From Candidatus Woesearchaeota archaeon (GTDB lineage: Archaea > Nanobdellota > Nanobdellia > Pacearchaeales > GW2011-AR1): a stretch of DNA of 46,386 bases. This document shows, in pieces, positions 25,375 to 32,721 of the stretch. The first letter of the stretch is position 1, and each line of letters begins with the position of its first letter. The DNA is taken from the NCBI GenBank assembly GCA_964358615.1, contig CAYHOV010000001.1:1-46386 (forward strand), given 5' to 3'. The translations under genes and the position numbers were made by a program. The notes under the pieces were generated by a model. It had not been told where the DNA came from. It saw nothing but the letters and a program-made list of their open reading frames with translations, and made no database searches.

Positions 25375-26802
25375 ATGGCAGAGGATATAAGAGAGGTAAT
25401 TAAAAATACATTGGGTGATAGAGGAAAACCAGTCCGTACTCTAAAACTGGGATATGATGCGCCTAGCGCAAGCCTGGAGTCTGTTTATTTTTGGATATTG
25501 GATTTTGCAGGTGGTTTTTCAAAAGATATAGAAAAAGTCACTGATAATTTCATGGCTTCTCCTGGAAGCTCGCATTTTGCAGAGATGGGAGCTAGAACGA
25601 CGAGAATGCAAGAAGAAGGAATGAAAATCATGGGGGTAATCAACCAACTCATAAAAACAGTGATAAATTTAATCTATGATCTGAAAGAATTTGAAATCAG
25701 AATTTCGCAATATGATGATGCAAAATCCGAAAGTAAACTCAATAAAGAACAGGGAAATCTTGCATTGAAACAAATATGGATGGATAATGTTGATATGAAA
25801 AAAGGGCGAGGAAGCATAAACCAGATGACCTATGAACTTGGATTCTCGACGCTGAGAGATGTTTTTATGATGGCTAACTCTTTTGAAGATGTTGATAACA
25901 TGGCCAAAGACGGACTTGTGAATGACCAGATAAAAAGAATTGTGCTTCCAAGACTGGGTGAATTCTTGAAATGGAAAGAATATTCTGAGCAGGAATTGAA
26001 AAAAAGATTTGAAATTGAGAAGTCATATCTGAAAGCAGAAGTAAATTCCTTGAAATTATACACTGCCTGGGTTAGGCCATATCTGAAAGCTGCAAATGAA
26101 TTGAAGATGTCTGGTTTTGAAAAAAAGACGAGTTTTGGAGGAGAACATCCTGCATTAGTCCACGCGTTCAACACTATTCTTTTTGAAATGGTTTTGTTTG
26201 CAAAAAGTGAGTTCAAATTTGACGAAGCGGTAATGTCTAGAAAATTGCCAAAGGGATTTACAGGGCATAAATTAGCAAGAAAATATTATTCGTGTTTTAC
26301 TATAACATTTAAATTTCAGGGATTTCCTCAAAAAGTTACGCAGCAGGCATATAATTTTGGCGGAAGAATTGATGTAGAGTTTGATGCCTATGTATTGAAT
26401 GACGACGAAATAGGATTAATAAAAAAAGAATGGGACAAGAGCGGCGTCGAAGACATATCTAAATTAGCAACCAGCTCGACTGAAGAATCATTGAAACAAC
26501 TGGCAGAAGATATTGAACATTTTACCAGTATGAAAGAAGAAAAGAAAGAAGAAAAGAAAAAAGAGAAAAAAGATGAAGATCCGTTTACCGCATTGTTCAG
26601 CATATTTAAGTTTTGGGAGAAAGAAAAAAAAGATATAGAAAAAAAAGAAGACATACGGCCCGATGATTATATCGAGAAGTATGTGCGAAAATTGTGCACA
26701 GAGAGCGCTGGAAAAAACATCTATACTATCTATGATGTCTATAAAAAAGCGCATGGTATGGCCTCGTCTCCTGATGAATTTAATACTCCCGAGGTTAACT
26801 AA
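25375..26802 (+). CDS. Hypothetical 475-aa protein with a K/E-rich C-terminal region
   Basis: Long ORF with no NTPase or other catalytic motif recognised. Confidence 0.65.
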   Translation: MAEDIREVIKNTLGDRGKPVRTLKLGYDAPSASLESVYFWILDFAGGFSKDIEKVTDNFMASPGSSHFAEMGARTTRMQEEGMKIMGVINQLIKTVINLIYDLKEFEIRISQYDDAKSESKLNKEQGNLALKQIWMDNVDMKKGRGSINQMTYELGFSTLRDVFMMANSFEDVDNMAKDGLVNDQIKRIVLPRLGEFLKWKEYSEQELKKRFEIEKSYLKAEVNSLKLYTAWVRPYLKAANELKMSGFEKKTSFGGEHPALVHAFNTILFEMVLFAKSEFKFDEAVMSRKLPKGFTGHKLARKYYSCFTITFKFQGFPQKVTQQAYNFGGRIDVEFDAYVLNDDEIGLIKKEWDKSGVEDISKLATSSTEESLKQLAEDIEHFTSMKEEKKEEKKKEKKDEDPFTALFSIFKFWEKEKKDIEKKEDIRPDDYIEKYVRKLCTESAGKNIYTIYDVYKKAHGMASSPDEFNTPEVN

Positions 26803-26820
26803 TTATTCTGACTAGAAAGG

Positions 26821-26994
26821 TAAATAAAGAATCCCAGTCGCAGTAAGCTGCGGGGTATTCTTTAAGCCTCCGATTGGACGACGGAAACGATCGCAGCAAG
26901 CTGCGGTAAAAAGTTTTACTCTTGAATCGTCATTATTCGATGATATAAGCAAGAGCAAAACTTTTTTATTAAACCCAATTGGAGCAATAAAAAG
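26821..26994 (-). mobile_element. Transposase-less IS200/IS605 derivative (PATE/MITE-like), copy A
   Basis: 174 nt, about 95 percent identical to 30497-30670 by manual alignment. Two IS-copy-1-type hairpins (26839-26852, 26892-26905) plus a 17-bp stem-loop (26908-26924 with 26950-26966). Confidence 0.7.
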
Positions 26995-27098
26995 ATTTGC
27001 TTTTTTTCGCAAACTGCAAATCTCTAATTTCCTTTTTGGTCGTGAAATTTTTTACCAAACACCAAAAAGTAAATAAATCTGGTTTACATTGATAATCT

Positions 27099-27647
27099 AT
27101 GGCAAATGAAGATATTGAAAGAAAAAGAAAGTTTGATGAAGTAAGAAAAAAAGCTGCAGAATGGAAAGATAAGGTCGAAGCAGAGAGAGAAGAAGCTAAA
27201 GAATTAGAAGAAGATGTTGGAAGGCCAACAGAATTTAATTTTGTCGAGGGTAAACTTGTTCCTACGAGAATGAATACAAGCAATCTTTTCCTGAAGGCGG
27301 ACGACGTTGGGCCTCAAGTAACTCTTGAAAATTCTATAAGATCAACTCCTGTTGAAGATGTAAAAAAAGAAGAGAAAAAAGATGAGCTATATCAGACTGG
27401 AGCTTATGAGGAATTTGGCAGACAAAATCAGACAAGAGAGGTGACTCGAAGAACTCCTGAAAATCCGCGAGTTGAAATCACGCAGAGGCAAGAACTGGGA
27501 ATGGGAATGAGGGAAGAAAGAAGAACTGTAGGGATGGAAAGAACAGGCGAAATAAAAGAAGATAAATATTATGCTAATGTTGAAGTAGACAGAATCGATA
27601 GTGGTGGGATGCCTTGGGAAGAGAAGAAAAAATTTAGAAGATTTTAA
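27099..27647 (+). CDS. Hypothetical highly charged protein
   Basis: 182 aa, E/K/R-rich and probably largely disordered. Confidence 0.5.
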   Translation: MANEDIERKRKFDEVRKKAAEWKDKVEAEREEAKELEEDVGRPTEFNFVEGKLVPTRMNTSNLFLKADDVGPQVTLENSIRSTPVEDVKKEEKKDELYQTGAYEEFGRQNQTREVTRRTPENPRVEITQRQELGMGMREERRTVGMERTGEIKEDKYYANVEVDRIDSGGMPWEEKKKFRRF

Positions 27648-27682
27648 AAAATTAGAAAAGAGGCCAATATTAAAAAATATAT

Positions 27683-27736
27683 TTGCGCTTCGCTCCAGCA
27701 TAAGTATCGCTTAACAGCGATGGACTATTAATTAAT
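27683..27736 (+). repeat. GC-rich intergenic module copy X2
   Basis: TTGCGCTTCGCTC (27683-27695), hairpin TCGCT-TAAC-AGCGA (27707-27720), ATTAATTAAT (27727-27736). Confidence 0.5.
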
Positions 27737-27909
27737 TTAATCTCGACTTGAGAGGTGAGGCAAGTTTGCAAATGTTTATATATAAAATGAAATCGTTGCT
27801 TTTTCAAAGAAATCTCAAAACAAGAATATTTATAATCATCAAAATCATATAAAGTAATAAAGAAATTGCCTGAAATCAGCAATTTCTAATTGAAATTTTT
27901 GACGAAAAT

Positions 27910-27930
27910 ATCAAACCCAAAAATTCCAAT
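27910..27930 (+). repeat. 21-nt exact repeat ATCAAACCCAAAAATTCCAAT (copy 2)
   Basis: Identical to 24471-24491. It lies 13-33 nt upstream of the ATG at 27943. Confidence 0.6.
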
Positions 27931-27942
27931 AAAAAAGAGAAC

Positions 27943-29748
27943 ATGGCACCATATAAAATGAGTTATGAGAATATTTTTGAAGGTGGCTATAGCTCTTTTA
28001 ATCCGCAGTATGGAGCTTATGTGGGCTATAGGCTTGAACCTGGAAAAATAGGATCACCGACGAGTATTCAAACTGCAAATCAGATCGCAGAAGTCGCGGC
28101 AAGAATCAAAGAGGGTGTAAAAAATGTTGAGCTGCAACCAATATCCCAGGATGTTTTTGAACAAATCCCTGAAGCGCAAATGAGAGAGATCAGCGCATTG
28201 ATGAGGCTAACAGGAGTAAAGCCTTCTCTTCATGCTCCAATGATAGATCCTGCTGGTTTTGGAGAAAAAGGGTGGGGTGGTGAAGAAGCTCGAAGAGAAG
28301 CAGAAAGAAGACTTTTATCTGTCGTGATGAGAAGCCATGAACTTGATCGGGACGGGAAAATGCCAATTACAATACATCCGACAGCAGGAATTCCTGGAAT
28401 GGAGTATGAAGCTGAAAAACAGGGCGAAGACATGATATTCAAACCAAAAAAAATGATTATAATAAACAAAGAGACAGGGCAATTAAATCCGATTGAACTT
28501 GAAGCAAAATATAGAATCGGTTATACTAAAGAAAAATTAAGAAAGGGTGAAACTCCGTCGCCAGAAGAGGAATTAGAGATAATAAATCATAGTGAATGGG
28601 CACAGAAACTAACAAATATGCAGTTTTATCAGAAAGAAGTTGATGAAATGCTTGGAAATTCTCCGCTTGCATTAAAAGATGATTTTGGGAAAGAGATAAA
28701 TGAAGAATTAATGAAATCTATTGTTCAGGATCCAGAAAAAAGAGAAAGTTTTATGCGGATGCAGAAAGCAGAAGGTTTTATCTCGCATATTGGCGCGAGC
28801 TTGAATAGTGTTTTTGAAAGGGCATATAAATTTGGAACTCCTGAACAAAAAGAAGAATTGGAAGGAATATCGGAGCAATATCTCGAGGCTCAAAAAAAGA
28901 TTGGCAGAAGAATTTTAGGAAGTACTCTGAAAAGAAGAGAATTACTTGATCAGACAATCTCTCAAATAGCTAAAATAACCGAGGATACTCCTCCGCAATT
29001 GTATGTGCCTGTGGAAGATTTTGCAATGGGCAAGGCATCTCAAACTTTGGGCAATGTTGCATATGGTGCGTATAAAGAATATAAAGATAAAGCACCGATT
29101 ATTTCTGTTGAAAATATATTCCCTGGCTGGATTTTTTCTAAATCAGAAAAACTGAAAGAACTTATTGAAAAATCTAAAAGTCAATTTGTTGATAATGCGA
29201 CTAAAAACGGAATGGAAAAAAAGAAAGCAGAAAAAAAAGCAGATGAACTTATTGGAGTCACCTGGGATGTTGGTCATCTGAACATGATAAGAAAAGCAGG
29301 ATTTACAGAGAAAGAAATTGTTTCTGAAACAGAAAAAATTGCAAAACTTGTAAAGCATGTGCATATGACTGATAATTTTGGTTTTTCTGACAGCCACTTG
29401 CCACCTGGAATGGGGAATGTTCCCATTAGAAAGATCATGGAGAAATTAGAAAAAGAAGGATTTAGCGGACGAACAATCATCGAGGCAGGAGGTTTTGTGC
29501 AGCAATTCAAAAAATCCCCGCATCCGTTTGTGCTATCTGCATTTGGATCGCCGATATATGGAATGAAGGCTCAACCATATTGGAATCAGATGGCTGGAAC
29601 TCAGGGAAATTATTTTGCATCTCCTTTGGCCTATATGCCTGAAAAACATTTTTCAATCTACGGCGGAGGTTTCTCGTCGCTGCCACAGGAAGTCGGCGGA
29701 GTTATTCCCGGAACACAATCGAGGTTCTCAGGAACAGCGAATGCTTAG
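27943..29748 (+). CDS. Xylose-isomerase-like TIM-barrel protein (AP-endonuclease-2 fold) with a ~270-aa helical insertion
   Basis: N-terminal barrel segments (VELQP, SLHAPM, PITIHPT) and C-terminal segments (VTWDVGHLN, HVHMTDNFGFSDSHLPPGMGNVP, IIEAG) are separated by a long charged insertion. Confidence 0.65.
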   Translation: MAPYKMSYENIFEGGYSSFNPQYGAYVGYRLEPGKIGSPTSIQTANQIAEVAARIKEGVKNVELQPISQDVFEQIPEAQMREISALMRLTGVKPSLHAPMIDPAGFGEKGWGGEEARREAERRLLSVVMRSHELDRDGKMPITIHPTAGIPGMEYEAEKQGEDMIFKPKKMIIINKETGQLNPIELEAKYRIGYTKEKLRKGETPSPEEELEIINHSEWAQKLTNMQFYQKEVDEMLGNSPLALKDDFGKEINEELMKSIVQDPEKRESFMRMQKAEGFISHIGASLNSVFERAYKFGTPEQKEELEGISEQYLEAQKKIGRRILGSTLKRRELLDQTISQIAKITEDTPPQLYVPVEDFAMGKASQTLGNVAYGAYKEYKDKAPIISVENIFPGWIFSKSEKLKELIEKSKSQFVDNATKNGMEKKKAEKKADELIGVTWDVGHLNMIRKAGFTEKEIVSETEKIAKLVKHVHMTDNFGFSDSHLPPGMGNVPIRKIMEKLEKEGFSGRTIIEAGGFVQQFKKSPHPFVLSAFGSPIYGMKAQPYWNQMAGTQGNYFASPLAYMPEKHFSIYGGGFSSLPQEVGGVIPGTQSRFSGTANA

Positions 29749-29830
29749 ATTTGACATCTATAGAAATCACGAACCTGTCTTAAGTTAAGAATATGAAAAT
29801 AATATGTGCGATAACTTAATAACATGACAT

Positions 29831-30484
29831 CCTCCCCACCCTAAAGGTTTGACGCTGATGCGTCAAATCCTCACTTCGTTCGGAGTGGGGTTTCCTGATG
29901 ATGCTCTTCCTGATTCAAGATATAATTTCTCACAATCTCTTCTTGCACAAATCCGACCGACGCTGCAAATTTTCCTCTGCTCCAAAGATGCCCTTTTGGA
30001 TATCTCAATCTTGCCTTTGGATTTTTCTCAAAGAAAAGCTTCGAAGACAATCCTTTCAAAATCTGCAGGACCATCGACGCCGCCATGCTCAAAGAAACTT
30101 GCACTTCGCAATGAATATGTTCGGGCATTACTGAGAGGACAATTATTTTTATCCCGTGCAGCGACGCTGCTCTTCTTATGCAAGCAGACATAAGATTTTT
30201 TTGCTCTTCTTTCTTGAACATTTTGTAAGCATATTTTGGCTTCCATTCAAGATGCATCATCATTACTCCGACGGAATGTGAATAATGATTGTACTGGTTT
30301 ATTTGTTGTGTTAATTGCTGTTCCATTTTTACTCCATAGCATTCGCTAAGCGAATGCAAAAATTTATTTAGGCGAGAAAGTTCTAACTATTGTTTGTTAT
30401 TCAATGAGTTTCAACTAACTCATAAAAAACAAGGTGTTTAGAAATAAATACTTTGCTAGGAGAACTCCAGCCTAAAGGCTGGAG
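29831..30484 (-). mobile_element. IS200/IS605-family (tnpA-only) insertion sequence, copy 2, unrelated ends
   Basis: tnpA is flanked by CTCCAGCC-TAAA-GGCTGGAG (30465-30484) and by CTCCCCACCCTAAAGG plus hairpin TTTGACGC-TGAT-GCGTCAAA (29848-29867). The boundaries are approximate. Confidence 0.65.
29871..30326 (-). CDS. tnpA: IS200/IS605-family Y1 (HUH) transposase TnpA, second type
   Basis: HLEWKPKYAYKMF, HUH motif HIHCEV and Tyr helix VRNYILNQEEHH. The start was set at MEQQ (30326), preceded by GGAG. The 11 upstream codons of the long ORF encode a perfect hairpin. Confidence 0.8.
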   Translation of the reverse strand: MEQQLTQQINQYNHYSHSVGVMMMHLEWKPKYAYKMFKKEEQKNLMSACIRRAASLHGIKIIVLSVMPEHIHCEVQVSLSMAASMVLQILKGLSSKLFFEKNPKARLRYPKGHLWSRGKFAASVGFVQEEIVRNYILNQEEHHQETPLRTK

Positions 30485-30496
30485 ATTTCTTCTTAG

Positions 30497-30670
30497 TTAA
30501 TAAAGAATCCCAGTCGCAGCAAGCTGCGGGGTATTCTTTAAGCCTCCGATTGGACGACGGAAACGATCGCAGCAAGCTGCGGGAAAAAGTTTTACTCTTG
30601 GATCGTCATTATTCAATCATACAAACAAGAGCAAAACTTTTTTATTAAACCCAATTGGAGCAATCAAAAG
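30497..30670 (-). mobile_element. Transposase-less IS200/IS605 derivative (PATE/MITE-like), copy B
   Basis: Same 174-nt unit as 26821-26994. Hairpins at 30515-30528 and 30568-30581, stem-loop arms at 30584-30600 and 30626-30642. It lies about 12 nt from the left end of IS copy 2. Confidence 0.7.
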
Positions 30671-30748
30671 CAAAATCTTTTCATGGCCTGGGCCATAGTA
30701 AGTTTTAAAAAACAACAAAACATATAAAATAAGGAAAAAAAAGGTGAT

Positions 30749-31636
30749 ATGGAAAAGAAAACTTCTAGAAATGCTAGTCTCGAAGAGATAAAGCCAGTGA
30801 AATCTGTGAAAATCGAGAAAGAAAAGAAAAATGAGAAAAAGCCAGAGACATTAAAGCTCAACGATGAAAAAGATATTGCGCTAGATTTTGCTACAAAGGT
30901 CTATCAGAAATTTGACAAGATGATCAAGTCGCTTATTTTATTTGGAAGTTCTATAAAGAATAATTCTTCGCCAGAGTCTGATATTGATATAATAAGCATC
31001 ATCGATGATGTTTCTATTCAGTGGGATCCTGAGCTGATTTCATGGTATCGGGAAGAACTTGGAAAATTGGTCCAGGCAAATCCTTATAAAAAATCATTGC
31101 ATATAAATACTGTGAAATTGTCGACGTGGTGGGCAGATCTGCTGAGAGGTGATCCTATTGTTGTCAATGTAATAAGAAATGGTGAAGCATTGATTGATTT
31201 TGGAGGGTTTTATTCTCCGCTGAAAGTTCTGTTGGCTGAAGGAAAAATTAAATCTACTCCTGAAGCGATTTACACATTATTACAAAGAGCGCCTACGCAT
31301 ATGATGAGAACTAGAGAGGCCATGCTAGCTGCTATCGACGGGTTGTATTGGGCGATGGTGGATTCTGCGCATGCTGCACTTATTGCTGCAAAAGTCAGCC
31401 CTGCTTCGCCAGAACATGTGCCTGTAATTTTAAAAGAAACATTTGTTGACAAGAAAATTTTGAATATGGACTATGTTATCAATTATAGGGATATGCATGC
31501 ACTTGCAAAGGATATTATCCATGGTAAAACTGTAACAGTTAATGGTAAGGATATTGATGCATGGATCGTCAAGACCGACGAATTTGTAGGAGAAATGGCC
31601 AAACTTGTTAATATGATGTTGCCTGAAAAAAGTTAG
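30749..31636 (+). CDS. Nucleotidyltransferase-domain protein (MNT/Pol-beta-like) with a helical C-terminal domain
   Basis: LILFGSSIKNNSSPESDIDIISIID is the GS-x9-DxD NTase signature. The C-terminal helical half may be HEPN-like, but no clean Rx4-6H motif was seen. Confidence 0.65.
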   Translation: MEKKTSRNASLEEIKPVKSVKIEKEKKNEKKPETLKLNDEKDIALDFATKVYQKFDKMIKSLILFGSSIKNNSSPESDIDIISIIDDVSIQWDPELISWYREELGKLVQANPYKKSLHINTVKLSTWWADLLRGDPIVVNVIRNGEALIDFGGFYSPLKVLLAEGKIKSTPEAIYTLLQRAPTHMMRTREAMLAAIDGLYWAMVDSAHAALIAAKVSPASPEHVPVILKETFVDKKILNMDYVINYRDMHALAKDIIHGKTVTVNGKDIDAWIVKTDEFVGEMAKLVNMMLPEKS

Positions 31637-31649
31637 TTTTATTGGAATT

Positions 31650-31671
31650 GATTGCAGATTCTTAGGCAATC
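31650..31671. terminator. Hairpin between convergent genes
   Basis: GATTGC-N10-GCAATC sits in the 38-nt spacer between 30749..31636 (+) and 31675..32619 (-). Confidence 0.3.
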
Positions 31672-31674
31672 TCT

Positions 31675-32619
31675 TTATTCTTTTTTTGCTTCTGCTTCTG
31701 CTTTTTTCTTTGCTGCTTCTTCTTTTGCACGAAGTGTCTGGTAAAGAGAGCTGACAATTTCATGATTCAGAGTGTTGGATAACTCTACAAAAGGTTTTAC
31801 TCCTTTTTCTATTTCTTTTTCTGCTGCTTCAAGTTCCTTAGCTTTTGCTTCATCTTCTGTAAGTCCTTCTAGACCTTTGGAAAGTTCTTTTAATTCAGTT
31901 CTTGCTTTTTTTATTTTTTCTCCGCAATAGGAAAGAGTTGTACCTAAATAAGCTGCAAGTTTATCTGGTAAAAAGTTTGGTTTTCCATCTTTTTCTTCTA
32001 CAAATGATTGAAGTGCTGCTCCTTGAGCCATTCTTAGTTGATAATCAAGCATTGCTTCTCCTCCAAATCCTGCAACAATATCTCTGAAATCTTCATGGAC
32101 TGGAACTAATTCTTCTTTTAAATTATCCATCAATTTTTTATGTCTTTCTTTTGCATCAGAAGTTTTTGCTAGTTCTTCTTTAAGCTGAGATTTTTTAACA
32201 AATTTTCTTATTTTTTTTGCAGTTTCATTGTAACCCTCATCGCCGGTAACTTCTTCTGGAGTTTGAACTGAAAAAGCAAGACTAACTAATCCTGCTCCTA
32301 CTTCACCAACAATTGGTTTGATATTATCTAGGACATATTTTGGCATCCTTGATTCTGCCATCGCTAATAAATCATGAGTCATGCCTCTGCCTTTTTCTAA
32401 TGGAAGGGTCGCAAAACGTCCTTCTGGTTTATCAAAGAGTACATGTTCTAGACCCTGTGCTACTCCTTTTTCTCCGAGCTTTGCCATTTCCCGAGTCATC
32501 TCTTGCAGAGTATCATATTTTTCAAATTGTTTACGAAAATTTTCTAAGTCATATGCTCCACTAAAAGGGTCATAGATGGATTTTACTCTTTCTTCTGCTT
32601 TTCCTGCTTCGTCTACCAT
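31675..32619 (-). CDS. Hypothetical protein with a Lys/Ala/Glu-rich C-terminus
   Basis: 314-aa ORF with no recognisable motif. Confidence 0.6.
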   Translation of the reverse strand: MVDEAGKAEERVKSIYDPFSGAYDLENFRKQFEKYDTLQEMTREMAKLGEKGVAQGLEHVLFDKPEGRFATLPLEKGRGMTHDLLAMAESRMPKYVLDNIKPIVGEVGAGLVSLAFSVQTPEEVTGDEGYNETAKKIRKFVKKSQLKEELAKTSDAKERHKKLMDNLKEELVPVHEDFRDIVAGFGGEAMLDYQLRMAQGAALQSFVEEKDGKPNFLPDKLAAYLGTTLSYCGEKIKKARTELKELSKGLEGLTEDEAKAKELEAAEKEIEKGVKPFVELSNTLNHEIVSSLYQTLRAKEEAAKKKAEAEAKKE

Positions 32620-32721
32620 GATTTATCTAAGTATCTGGTATTTATAAATGTTTCGTTAGTTGTATCTTAGTAGTGGTTACAAAGTCGAAAGGTTTAAAAA
32701 TAGAATTTTACAGAGATATTT

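Noticed and set aside
26812-27283. Minus-strand ORFs 26812..27012 and 26969..27283 across PATE copy A
   Set aside because: They read through the repeat hairpins and stem-loop. The equivalent frame is not kept in copy B, so the repeat is better explained as non-coding.
29849-30246. ORFs antisense to or out of frame with tnpA-2 (29849..30193, 29898..30134, 30028..30246)
   Set aside because: They are nested in a transposase gene with clear HUH and Tyr motifs.
23282-30581. Six copies of CGCAG(C/T)AAGCTGCG considered as a CRISPR-like array
   Set aside because: The spacing is irregular (39 nt to several kb). The copies pair up as IS and PATE ends, and there are no uniform repeat-spacer units or cas genes.
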